DNA of 64,000 nt from a phage. Each line of letters starts with the position of its first letter. Positions within the stretch are counted from its first letter, which is position 1. Shown here piece by piece: positions 42,823 to 51,870 of the stretch. A program made the position numbers and the translations under genes. The notes below the pieces were generated by a model. It was not told the origin of the DNA. It searched no databases and saw only the letters and a list, made by a program, of their open reading frames with translations. The stretch lies in NCBI GenBank assembly GCA_025829515.1, contig GCA_025829515.1_4865.1. One strand, given 5' to 3'.

Positions 42823-45800
42823 ATGCGCAAATTTAAAATCTCTGCTAAACGACATGCGCTGAACTACGCACTGTCGCTGGCTTACGGACATCAGGACTTT
42901 GTTCGTCGAAACACCGGCTTAACTAACGACGCCCACAATGACCATTATCTGATTAACCCAGAAGGGGTGCTATCTAATAACCGGCATTTCATTGCTGACT
43001 CCATGGCAGTGTATCAACCTAATGGTGACGCCACCACAGAAGGTCAATCGTTGCTGATTATTGGCTACTGTCACATGTACATTGCTACCAAAAACCAGAT
43101 GTGGTTAGATGCGGCGATTCGTGCATGGGAAGCGTACGCTACCTACTATTACGCAGGTCAGGCCATTCCCGATTCACCACAACGTTGGATTTGTAACTGG
43201 CTAGTTAACGGTAAAGAGCCAGTGCTGGCAGACTATCCGGTGCATCCGACCGAGCCAACCCACGGTGGTTATAAGTGTGTACCGGTAACGTTTACGAACG
43301 GGCGTTGCCAGATACCCCAAGGCGCACCATTCTTTGGTGAATATCTGAACAATTTCTTTTCTGCGCATCGTGGCCATCCTACTTGGGGTGCGGTTAATGC
43401 CGACGTACAGAAAATTAAGGAATCGGAAGACGGGTTAATTGACTGGTCTAAAGTCCCTGATTACTTAATCGTCAATCCAGAGAAACCTTACGATGTAAAA
43501 GCGTGGGTGGACTGGAACACGATGCTAAACGACCCAACCGGATATACACCAATGTGGGGCGGTTCTACCTCGAAAGGTCCGCGGTACGAACCTGACTGGT
43601 TTGTTGTGTGGACGGGTGAGAAGGTTCAAGACGGCGATGTCATCGAATCCGGTTTACCTGATGCCCAGAAAGGAACCGTACAATTAAAGGACACTAGTAT
43701 TAACGGTGTATATTTGATTAACTACGCTTCCCAGGTACCTGTAGAGCACGGCGGATATTTGTTTGACCGCAATGAGCCGTGGCACAACCGTCCGGTTCAT
43801 ACCCCGTTAAAAGGGTCTGTTAACCAGATGGGTAACGCGGCAGATGCGGAAGTGTGGTTTATTGATGCCTGTTATCTGCTCTGGCGTATCACGGGTGAAC
43901 CGCGCTATAAAGCCGCATTAGACTCTGTGTTCTATACAGCGCACGAGTACACGTATATCGATGCGAAGGACAAGTTTTTCCGTCGTTCTAAGCTAGCCGA
44001 AACGCCATTTACAGATGGTATCTCGTACGACTATAAATACCCCAGCACTGTTGAGGTCGCTTACAGTCGTGATGAAAATGGTGATATTGTGTTCCGTTCT
44101 GAGGAAGCTGTGCAGAACTTTATGGAACAGCAAGCCGTGCGTTTCAGGATAAACAGTCAATCGAAGTTACGTGTGACATATGGCGGTGTTTGCGACAACG
44201 GTGATGCACTGGCGTGTAAAGTGATGGTGGATATTAACCCCGTCAAAGCGGATACTGAAGAAGTAAACTGGTACGGCTGTACGCTTCCGGGATCAACATC
44301 GATGGAAGTAGAACAGCATGACATCGATTTAGGGCATCTGGCCAGAATGACCAATCCGGCCAACGGCGAAGATTACATCATTGCCGATGCGCGAGCATGT
44401 TCGGACTACGGTGGGTGTACGTGGCAGGAGAAGTTTGAGAACAACATTTACGATGGTCGTTCAGGCACAATCGTAGAAGCGTTATTCCCGAACGACGATG
44501 CGGGTTTCATTATCGGTTTCTGGTTAACCGATGCCGGCGTTGCACCCCCGCAGTCAATTGTCTATCGTGCCGATGCTGATTTCAACTTCCGTTTCGAAGA
44601 TACCGACAAGTGGCGTTGGTGGTGGATGTTGCCCGCGACTAACGGGGAATGGAAACAGGTTATTATTCGCCCTGAAGACGCAACACTCTCGGGCTATCAA
44701 CCTGACCACGATACTGATGTCGAAACAAAACCGGCTGCGCCAAACTACACAACTATCGATCAGGTAACCATACTGCCCGATTCGGCTGTGGAGAATGCGC
44801 ACTTTAGCTGGTATTGCGTAAACGATGTTCCGCCACTGTTTAATGCAGATGATGGTTGGACGTTAACGTTCCGTATTGTAATTCGGGGAGGTTCTGCATT
44901 TACGGGTAAAGTGGGCGATTGTACGATAAAAGATTACCGTCTTGACTCGCTCGCGTATTGTCCAGGTACGATACCGTTCTCGAACATTTATTCGGAAGGA
45001 ACGTATCAGCTAGGTGCATGGCACGGGATGCCGTATCCCGGCTATCAGTATCCGTTTATGTACACCATACACACCGATGATCGCTACAAAGACTGGCTCT
45101 TAAATCAGATTCGGTTTATGCACGATTCACAAACCAACTACCAAACGCAGATAGGTGAGTTAGGTCCAGGTTGTGCGGCGTATATTTGGAACCGTTGGGA
45201 TAACTACTCTTACGGCCCGGCAGATACGTGGACAACGTTCCATTGGGGCGATGGACATCCGTGGGCAGGTTATCAGCCGCGCGCGTATAACGCCGCTGCG
45301 CGTTGTTGGTACGAATTAGTTGTGCGTGGTAAAGAGGTTCCACCTGAGCTAGTAGTGTACGTTGAAAATTGGGCTAAGTGGCTCGTAGGGTTCTTAGACC
45401 GCTTTGACAACCACACCCCGAATGAATTCCCTACGGCACCAAATAAACCGGTATGGGTAGAGAATGATTTCACAGCACATATGTGTGCGCTCTGGATAGC
45501 AGGCAGTGCTTACGCAGCAATGGCCGGCTGTACAGTGGAAGGGTTGAGCCGTATTATGGATATGGGGATGAAGGAGATGGGTGATAACTTCACCGTCACC
45601 GACATTCCAGGAAAAGCCATTAACGGTGCCTGGTCTCCGTGGGCAAATCCTACCACGGATAACGGTCAGGCTTTTGGGTTTTATACTGGAGAAGCGATGC
45701 GCGCCATCGGATTGTATCTCCTCTATAAAGAACACGGCCCAGGGCATGATATTTATCGTGACTTGGCAATCCCCGACCACACAACAGCCTCGCTCGATAT

Positions 45801-45840
45801 AACGTTTACTATCCCAGACGATCCGCTCGAAACTAATTAA
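42823..45840 (+). CDS. large Trp/Tyr-rich protein, possible tail-associated enzyme (1005 aa)
   Basis: Very long ORF rich in aromatic residues; N-terminal region loosely resembles alpha/alpha-toroid glycosidase-like folds. Function is speculative. Confidence 0.3.
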   Translation: MRKFKISAKRHALNYALSLAYGHQDFVRRNTGLTNDAHNDHYLINPEGVLSNNRHFIADSMAVYQPNGDATTEGQSLLIIGYCHMYIATKNQMWLDAAIRAWEAYATYYYAGQAIPDSPQRWICNWLVNGKEPVLADYPVHPTEPTHGGYKCVPVTFTNGRCQIPQGAPFFGEYLNNFFSAHRGHPTWGAVNADVQKIKESEDGLIDWSKVPDYLIVNPEKPYDVKAWVDWNTMLNDPTGYTPMWGGSTSKGPRYEPDWFVVWTGEKVQDGDVIESGLPDAQKGTVQLKDTSINGVYLINYASQVPVEHGGYLFDRNEPWHNRPVHTPLKGSVNQMGNAADAEVWFIDACYLLWRITGEPRYKAALDSVFYTAHEYTYIDAKDKFFRRSKLAETPFTDGISYDYKYPSTVEVAYSRDENGDIVFRSEEAVQNFMEQQAVRFRINSQSKLRVTYGGVCDNGDALACKVMVDINPVKADTEEVNWYGCTLPGSTSMEVEQHDIDLGHLARMTNPANGEDYIIADARACSDYGGCTWQEKFENNIYDGRSGTIVEALFPNDDAGFIIGFWLTDAGVAPPQSIVYRADADFNFRFEDTDKWRWWWMLPATNGEWKQVIIRPEDATLSGYQPDHDTDVETKPAAPNYTTIDQVTILPDSAVENAHFSWYCVNDVPPLFNADDGWTLTFRIVIRGGSAFTGKVGDCTIKDYRLDSLAYCPGTIPFSNIYSEGTYQLGAWHGMPYPGYQYPFMYTIHTDDRYKDWLLNQIRFMHDSQTNYQTQIGELGPGCAAYIWNRWDNYSYGPADTWTTFHWGDGHPWAGYQPRAYNAAARCWYELVVRGKEVPPELVVYVENWAKWLVGFLDRFDNHTPNEFPTAPNKPVWVENDFTAHMCALWIAGSAYAAMAGCTVEGLSRIMDMGMKEMGDNFTVTDIPGKAINGAWSPWANPTTDNGQAFGFYTGEAMRAIGLYLLYKEHGPGHDIYRDLAIPDHTTASLDITFTIPDDPLETN

Positions 45841-45845
45841 GTGTA

Positions 45846-45888
45846 TACCAGCTATCCTTCGGGGTGGCTGGTACGCTTTATTTTATTT
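45846..45888 (+). terminator. rho-independent terminator
   Basis: taccagc / gctggta stem enclosing a cc-ttcg-gg mini-hairpin, then tttattttattt. Confidence 0.7.
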
Positions 45889-45913
45889 CAGATAGATGTT
45901 ATCTCAGTGAACC
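45886..45913 (+). promoter_or_regulatory. promoter-like motif variant (TTTCAGATAGATGTTATCTCAGTGAACC)
   Basis: Matches 37481 variant; overlaps the terminator T-run; upstream of 45968 gene. Confidence 0.4.
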
Positions 45914-45967
45914 TCTGAAATTTACGTTTCAATCAGAGCTTATGTCATGTATTAAGGAGCACTTAAA

Positions 45968-46300
45968 ATGTCTAAAGTCTATCACATTGCGGTATTGCGT
46001 CAGGCAACTGACCTTGAAAGCGACGGTGAACTTCGAATGCAGGAAGCCATTCTGAGCACTGTTAAAGAACTTAACCAAGCAAACAATTTCGATGCACGCT
46101 TCGAAGCGCTGCCTGTAAGCCGTGGTGCTTTCTACGGCAGTCAAATACTGGCAACCCAGTATGCGATGGCGTTAAGTGAATTGCGTAATAACCCTAGCCC
46201 AGAGACCGCAGCGAAGATGAACAAGCTGTCGTTATGGATGAATAACCTGGATGTCCCCGCAGCATCCACTGTAAGTGGTTTGGGGGTGGTTAATGGGTAG
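45968..46300 (+). CDS. hypothetical protein (110 aa)
   Basis: AAGGAG upstream. Confidence 0.65.
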   Translation: MSKVYHIAVLRQATDLESDGELRMQEAILSTVKELNQANNFDARFEALPVSRGAFYGSQILATQYAMALSELRNNPSPETAAKMNKLSLWMNNLDVPAASTVSGLGVVNG

Positions 46301-46628
46301 AGTAATCGGTGTTGCCAGACCAATGCGTCTCAATAGGACACCGATGATAAAACGTGATATCGGTGAAGCTGTAAAACAGTTGTCGAATATCGACGGTTAC
46401 ACCTTTAAAGTGATAACACTGTACGACTACCCAGAAGGTAAAGTTCCGCAAGAGGCGCTGGATATATTCGTTAATGTATTAGACGATTGCCTTAAGAGTC
46501 CAACGGACGTAAATCTTATCAAACTAAACACCATGTCCCTTGAACTGTACCGGCTGCGTAAAATGGGCATTCATGCTCGCATCGGTAAAGGTGACCAAAC
46601 GTTAGCCGAATACTGGGCTAAACAGTAA
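46293..46628 (+). CDS. hypothetical protein (111 aa)
   Basis: ATG overlapping upstream stop by 8 nt (track start 46275 is GTG). Confidence 0.6.
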   Translation: MGRVIGVARPMRLNRTPMIKRDIGEAVKQLSNIDGYTFKVITLYDYPEGKVPQEALDIFVNVLDDCLKSPTDVNLIKLNTMSLELYRLRKMGIHARIGKGDQTLAEYWAKQ

Positions 46629-46655
46629 GCTATTTTAAATCCTAAGGAGCATTAA

Positions 46656-47174
46656 GTGAATATTATCATGAACCTGTATACCAAACGGGAACGTAACGTT
46701 TTAGAATCGGGCGTTGCCCCGGAAGTATTGGCTGCGGGGGATATTAGTATCGACCCATTGAAAGTGAAAGTCGCGGAACTGTTCCCTCGTGATGAATGGG
46801 ACATCTGGTATTTCCGTTGTTCGTCGGTATTAAATGCAATCAAGCAACTGTCTGATTATCAGCCTGGTCCGTATATCGGTACTTGGCACTGGTACGTTCC
46901 ACGCACACCAAACTTCCTTTACCTGCACGACGATGATAAACGTACTCATATTCGCACTGTAGCGACGCCTGCGCGTTTGGAGCGTTATCTGGAGCTAATC
47001 CACGACCGGCCTCGTAACGAGCTGCAGAGCATCGTAGAGGTGCTCAGACAGGTACCTTTAGACGGTATACTGGAACTGGACATGAAAATCGCCGATCGTC
47101 CGAGACATTACTGGGAATTTTCCTGGGTAGACGCGAAGTACGAAAACCATAACGTTATCTATCTGAAACGTTAA
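46656..47174 (+). CDS. hypothetical protein (172 aa)
   Basis: GTG start with AAGGAG 6 nt upstream (alternative ATG at 46668). Confidence 0.65.
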   Translation: MNIIMNLYTKRERNVLESGVAPEVLAAGDISIDPLKVKVAELFPRDEWDIWYFRCSSVLNAIKQLSDYQPGPYIGTWHWYVPRTPNFLYLHDDDKRTHIRTVATPARLERYLELIHDRPRNELQSIVEVLRQVPLDGILELDMKIADRPRHYWEFSWVDAKYENHNVIYLKR

Positions 47175-47184
47175 GGGGGACAGG

Positions 47185-47505
47185 ATGTTGAACTGGTTAC
47201 TTGCGCTGATTAACAAGCGACAAAAACAACTGTACGAAGAAAACCGAGAATTAGCTGCCGCTAACCGTCGTGTACAGGCCGATAACTTGCAGTTAAGACA
47301 CGACCTCGCGAAACTGGACGTTAATGCGAGTAGGCTCTGCACGCACATAAGTCGCTGTCACGACATTATCGAACGTATTGGGCACTACCATCTTACGTCC
47401 CCTGCGCGTCGTGCCTATGACGCGGCCGTTCAGGGATTAAAAGATACCAGGAGTGCGTACGACGAGATGTTAGAAGAATTTAGTAAACGTGAGGATAAAA
47501 ACTAA
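47185..47505 (+). CDS. coiled-coil protein (106 aa)
   Basis: N-terminal heptad-like region; TAATG coupling to the next gene. Confidence 0.6.
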   Translation: MLNWLLALINKRQKQLYEENRELAAANRRVQADNLQLRHDLAKLDVNASRLCTHISRCHDIIERIGHYHLTSPARRAYDAAVQGLKDTRSAYDEMLEEFSKREDKN

Positions 47506-47888
47506 TGGAAATGCCAATGAACACCGACTTAGCACTGGCAATCGAACACATGAAAAACCATCAGCTGACGTTACTGAATGCAAGCACAGACGGACAACGT
47601 CAAGGGTATGCACTCGTTGCAAAAGCAGCGTTAGAACTTAACAAAATCCTGCTCGCTAAACTCTACAGCCTGGAGAACAGCGTGCTTCACGCAACGCATC
47701 TGGGTGAGGCCAGCGAGCTGGTTACAGACGTGCGCCTATATGCATCGCGCGAAATGGAGCGCTTAGTCAACGAGTGGAACCTTCAGTGTAACAGTGAGCG
47801 TGCTGATAACGATCCACGTAAAGTTGCACTGACGCCAGGCGTGTATATCAAGGACGGTAGCATCAACGAATATACCGGATTTAACTGA
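47505..47888 (+). CDS. hypothetical protein (127 aa)
   Basis: Coupled ORF. Confidence 0.6.
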   Translation: MEMPMNTDLALAIEHMKNHQLTLLNASTDGQRQGYALVAKAALELNKILLAKLYSLENSVLHATHLGEASELVTDVRLYASREMERLVNEWNLQCNSERADNDPRKVALTPGVYIKDGSINEYTGFN

Positions 47889-47911
47889 TCGGTAGATAAG
47901 GGTGATTGTGA

Positions 47912-48337
47912 ATGGTAACCATAGACGTAGCTATCTCTATCGAGCTTCAACGCATCGGTGTAGGTACACTAAAACTTCGTTATCGCGATTTACCGCATTA
48001 CAACAAGATGTTTGATGTTGGGGTGATAAAGTTTTATAACCGGTACGGGCCAAGAGAACTATGTCTATGGTTTGTTGAGTTAGCGATAACCTACGGCGAG
48101 TTCTATCATCCTAACATACCACATGTCAGACATGTGTCAAGAGGGCACCTGGAAACTTCCAGAGAGTTCTGTCAGCGATTGTATAGCGCGATGGAGGAGT
48201 CCGCACCCATCGACTATGACGTGCCACCTGAACTGTTATTAATCGACCACGAAGGAGAAGCTGGTGTCTATTTCATTACGGGGACTGACTATTCACGAGA
48301 TTCAGAAATATTTACTCGAGGGCGGGAAACTGACTGA
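47912..48337 (+). CDS. hypothetical protein (141 aa)
   Basis: ORF; 3' end overlapped by the next ORF. Confidence 0.6.
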   Translation: MVTIDVAISIELQRIGVGTLKLRYRDLPHYNKMFDVGVIKFYNRYGPRELCLWFVELAITYGEFYHPNIPHVRHVSRGHLETSREFCQRLYSAMEESAPIDYDVPPELLLIDHEGEAGVYFITGTDYSRDSEIFTRGRETD

Positions 48338-48569
48338 CGACTATCAAACCGCAGATATGTTGCTACAGTCATTTGTACCGTTACGTGCTGAGTATTACGA
48401 AATCGCGTTCCTGGGCGATGAATATTGTGTCCGTACACAAGGTCGCGAGTACGAAGCAGTTCGCGTACCACGAACACTCGGCGGGGTGATGATACTTATC
48501 GCTAATATCGAAGCACTCAATGCGAAATGTGCGTTATACATCGCACATGGAGGTCGCAATGGATTTTAA
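48264..48569 (+). CDS. hypothetical protein (101 aa)
   Basis: GTG start with GGAG at 48254-48257; overlaps upstream gene by 74 nt in another frame. Confidence 0.45.
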   Translation: MSISLRGLTIHEIQKYLLEGGKLTDDYQTADMLLQSFVPLRAEYYEIAFLGDEYCVRTQGREYEAVRVPRTLGGVMILIANIEALNAKCALYIAHGGRNGF

Positions 48570-48634
48570 GTGGGAACCGTTAACGTTAGCAGAAATTCGT
48601 AACAGAATCGATAGAGCTATTGCAAGGAGAAAAC

Positions 48635-49036
48635 ATGTTCGGCCTGTTTCAGGAGAAAAAACAGTTGCGTCGCCAATTAGAAATACTGGAATTGGAACTC
48701 AGCCTATCAAAGACTGAGTTGGAAATTTCGAAAGAAGCGTGGAAAAGAAATCTTGATGAATCTTTCGAAGAACGCCGTAAGCTTACACGACTACTTTCTG
48801 AGGAACAGTCTAAGAACCGGAAACTCGAAGATGAGCTACGGGATGCCCGACGAGATGCGGATCTGCGTGACAAGATGTTAGGACGGAACCTGGGTGCCCT
48901 AATCTATTTCATAGAGCAACGTTGGGAACCAAAAACACTCCTTGAGTTGCTCTATGAAAAACTCTCCTGTGTAGGTAAACGTTCTGCGGCCATCGAGTAT
49001 TTCCGTAGTCACGGTTTCGAGGTAAAAGATGAGTAA
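48635..49036 (+). CDS. coiled-coil protein (133 aa)
   Basis: ATG at 48635 with AAGGAG 5 nt upstream (track start 48620 is TTG); charged heptad repeats. A competing 52 aa ORF (48559-48717, GGAGG SD) overlaps its start. Confidence 0.6.
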   Translation: MFGLFQEKKQLRRQLEILELELSLSKTELEISKEAWKRNLDESFEERRKLTRLLSEEQSKNRKLEDELRDARRDADLRDKMLGRNLGALIYFIEQRWEPKTLLELLYEKLSCVGKRSAAIEYFRSHGFEVKDE

Positions 49037-49113
49037 ATTAGAGGTTGGCAGGCTGTTCGTTAATCCTTAAAAGCAACAGTTTCAAATTAGTTACGACCAT
49101 AAGGAGTATTAAA

Positions 49114-49554
49114 ATGTTAAAGCCACGCAAACAGAAAAGATTACAGTTTGTCAAAATAGTACATCCGGAGTCCCGTCGTGTTACAGGTGGACGTCTCTAC
49201 GTGGGTAAACACCGTAGTCGTCTTATCAGCTGGTCGGCAATGGCCAACGTAGCCACCCAACTCCAGGCAATGGTTGAAGACCGTTGTCAGTTAAAAGGTG
49301 ATTTCTTTCAAGAGAAGAAACCCTATCGTGATATCTTCCGTACACTAAAAGCGTGCTGGGTACTCAGCTGGGTGCCTGGCCGCGAACAACTTTATTTTCT
49401 GCGTAAGTTCCCACGCCCTATGCCGAAGGAAAACATTAGCGTTTTCTTAGACAAACTAAAACGCTTTAATGACATCGGCATTAACGCTAATAAAGAGCAA
49501 GTTTCTGCTACAGTAGCAGCCCGGAAACTCTTACGCGATTACGTGGCCGATTGA
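49114..49554 (+). CDS. hypothetical basic protein (146 aa)
   Basis: ATG at 49114 with AAGGAG upstream (track start 49045 extended). Confidence 0.65.
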   Translation: MLKPRKQKRLQFVKIVHPESRRVTGGRLYVGKHRSRLISWSAMANVATQLQAMVEDRCQLKGDFFQEKKPYRDIFRTLKACWVLSWVPGREQLYFLRKFPRPMPKENISVFLDKLKRFNDIGINANKEQVSATVAARKLLRDYVAD

Positions 49555-49595
49555 CTTGAGAGGCACTTATCCCAAAAGAGGTCAATAAAGCAGCA

Positions 49596-49631
49596 CCCTA
49601 CTCCTTCGGGAGTAGGGTTTCTTCTTTTTTT
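49596..49631 (+). terminator. rho-independent terminator (UUCG tetraloop)
   Basis: ccctactcc-ttcg-ggagtaggg plus tttcttcttttttt. Confidence 0.85.
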
Positions 49632-49651
49632 GTCTAGTCCGATTACAATTA

Positions 49652-49680
49652 TTTTCAGATATATATTACTTAGGTGAGAG
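49652..49680 (+). promoter_or_regulatory. conserved promoter-like motif, copy 3
   Basis: TTTTCAGATATATATTACTTAGGTGAGAG; leader ctaatcgaccattatcttaaggag related to copies 1 and 2. Confidence 0.55.
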
Positions 49681-49729
49681 TTAACCATTAACTCTTATCT
49701 AATCGACCATTATCTTAAGGAGTTTTAAC

Positions 49730-50176
49730 ATGTACATTCTGAATAACGAACTTACTAAGTACGCTAGCAAAAACCCGATTATGATTTCTTTCCTAATCGT
49801 GATGGCGGCCAACAAACAAGACCCTAGCGAATTCACTACTGAGGACTTCGAAGAGATTATCGCTAACGCCAAAGAAGCCACGTTCCAGACCACAGAGCCT
49901 ACTCGCGACGAGTTCCCCCTAGGTGAAGCCGGCGATGTAATGTTTAACGACATGGTTGCTTCGTACTACATCAATAGACGTGGTATGGAAATCGAATACG
50001 ATGAACTTCCTACTAGCAGCTTTGCTGAAATGATTCGTGATTATCGTCGTCAAGTTGTCTCTGACGATATCGTAAAGAAATACATGGCACAAATCAGCCC
50101 ATTCAGTCTTGAATTCGAAAACCGCGCGGTTGCCTTAGCAACACATCGCCTGCGTTTAGAAAAAGAAGTACACTAA
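49730..50176 (+). CDS. hypothetical protein (148 aa)
   Basis: First gene after promoter cassette copy 3; AAGGAG upstream. Confidence 0.7.
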   Translation: MYILNNELTKYASKNPIMISFLIVMAANKQDPSEFTTEDFEEIIANAKEATFQTTEPTRDEFPLGEAGDVMFNDMVASYYINRRGMEIEYDELPTSSFAEMIRDYRRQVVSDDIVKKYMAQISPFSLEFENRAVALATHRLRLEKEVH

Positions 50177-50237
50177 TAATAACCCGGCGGGCAAAGTCCC
50201 GCCAATCAACCTGCAATCTACAAAAAAGGAATATCCC

Positions 50238-50456
50238 ATGCGCAACCTCTTCTCCAAATCTGAAATCAAACCTGTTGTTGAAACCACCGCCAAACGTAAG
50301 CCTGACATGATTGACCTGCTGCTGAAAATGTCTGCAGCAGAAGCCAAAGCTTTCATGAAAACAATGAAAGACGGCGATAAAATGATTGACAATGTTGAAG
50401 TAACCTACGGTGTTAAAGACCGCCCAAAGAATAACGGCCTCGTGTGGGTCTGTTAA
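50238..50456 (+). CDS. small protein, probably abundant (72 aa)
   Basis: AAAAGGA upstream; high-expression-type codon usage. Confidence 0.6.
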   Translation: MRNLFSKSEIKPVVETTAKRKPDMIDLLLKMSAAEAKAFMKTMKDGDKMIDNVEVTYGVKDRPKNNGLVWVC

Positions 50457-50477
50457 TCGACGATTGAGGATAAAGTC

Positions 50478-50909
50478 GTGAACGTAATCAAAAAGCTGAA
50501 CGGCGATACTTTCCATGCTCTGATGCCGAAGGGTGCACGTATTCGGATAAACAACAAAAACAAACCCTATAAGACGGACTACACGTTCGACACCACTGAC
50601 CACGCATTCGGTATCTGCGACGAAGGGACGAACGATGTCAAATGGATTATCGTGGTATACGAAACGTCTAGTGGGTATAAGTTCTGGGATGCCTATGAAC
50701 TGCAGAAGGGCTATTGGTGGTATGTCAGTTGGGAAGCTTTCAATGACAAGGTATCTTATTCGTGGAACGACTTCCCGCACTTTTGCTGGGATAGTTGGTT
50801 TCATGATTGCGGGGATAAGATTTCTGATCTTGTCCAGGAACTCTACAAACACTACAAAGAACACAATGGAAACTTCGTCTATCCTGAATGGGAACTGCCG
50901 AAGTCGTGA
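50478..50909 (+). CDS. Trp-rich hypothetical protein (143 aa)
   Basis: GTG start with GAGGA upstream; terminator follows. Confidence 0.6.
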   Translation: MNVIKKLNGDTFHALMPKGARIRINNKNKPYKTDYTFDTTDHAFGICDEGTNDVKWIIVVYETSSGYKFWDAYELQKGYWWYVSWEAFNDKVSYSWNDFPHFCWDSWFHDCGDKISDLVQELYKHYKEHNGNFVYPEWELPKS

Positions 50910-50914
50910 AGAAA

Positions 50915-50960
50915 AGGGAGCTTCGGCTCCCCTTCTTTTTTGTTTCCTTTTCTTTTTTTG
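50915..50960 (+). terminator. rho-independent terminator (UUCG tetraloop)
   Basis: gggagc-ttcg-gctccc followed by a very long T-rich run. Confidence 0.8.
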
Positions 50961-51062
50961 TTTGCTCTTGTTCGGATTCTGGTACGCACTACGCTTTTAA
51001 TATGCTGGCAGGGGGTCTAAAAATCTTACGACCTCAATAATCCCTTAACTCGAGTTAACGCG

Positions 51063-51860
51063 ATGTCTTTTACTTCAAAACAGAATCTGCTAAAACTCAT
51101 CAACGAAGAGAATAAGATAAGCCCACCGCTTACCTTTGACGATGTTGATATCGGACTGCCGGAGGTTGTGTCAGTAGACGGTCGTGATTCGGAGGTAGTC
51201 CTTACCTCGAAGATGCGCGGTGATGAAGGTACGCAAGTGATTGTGGACTACCATCGTCGCCCATTAGAGGACTACCTTACAGGCGATGTTGCCTTTGGAG
51301 ACGAGGACGTGCAAACCACGCACGACTTACTCGCGGCGATTAACGAGCGTTTTAATCTGTCTATCTTACCTGAGGATATCGAAGATAACCCCATTGATGG
51401 ACAGACGCACACAGTCGTTGCTGTTGAAACTTCCCACGAGTGGCGAAGTCAAGCGGTCATCGAGCTGAAACCTGCTACACCTCTGGCAGAAGTAGTAACC
51501 AATACAGAGTTGAGCGGTCTTCTGTACCCGGATCACCAGGACATCCAGTTGGGTCAGGCGTATATCTATTCGCGTGACATCGATTGTAGCCACATCTCTC
51601 GTTTCCTGAGCCTCTTAGCGGTCGGTATCGAGGTAGATGACACGGCGTTGGCAATCGAACTCAACAAATGTGTTCCTGAGATTTGGGTAGCTGAAGATAC
51701 CCCATCCCCGTATAACCTGCGTGGTGCCACTGTCGTATTCGACGGCGTACCTGCAGACTTGCCGGGAGCAAATACGGCGTTCGCGAATGTCGTGTCAGTG
51801 CAACTGACCGATAAATGTACGAACTTCCAGGGCAGCCTCAACCTACACTTTAACAACTAG
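51063..51860 (+). CDS. paralog family 1 member 1, virion/fibre-like (265 aa)
   Basis: Shares an N-terminal domain of about 90 aa (LL..IN..N ... NT ... YDR ... L) and a C-terminal LH(F/Y)N motif with six downstream paralogs. Confidence 0.7.
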   Translation: MSFTSKQNLLKLINEENKISPPLTFDDVDIGLPEVVSVDGRDSEVVLTSKMRGDEGTQVIVDYHRRPLEDYLTGDVAFGDEDVQTTHDLLAAINERFNLSILPEDIEDNPIDGQTHTVVAVETSHEWRSQAVIELKPATPLAEVVTNTELSGLLYPDHQDIQLGQAYIYSRDIDCSHISRFLSLLAVGIEVDDTALAIELNKCVPEIWVAEDTPSPYNLRGATVVFDGVPADLPGANTAFANVVSVQLTDKCTNFQGSLNLHFNN

Positions 51861-51870
51861 GAGGGTATAG

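Noticed and set aside
50103-50864. 253 aa - strand ORF spanning three + strand genes
   Set aside because: Crosses a + strand intergenic region with an SD and contradicts three well-supported + genes.
50961-51062. Possible tRNA in the 100 bp gap before the paralog array (gttcggattc resembles a T-loop)
   Set aside because: No acceptor-stem complementarity, D-arm or anticodon-arm structure could be built around it by eye; would need tRNAscan-SE to exclude formally.
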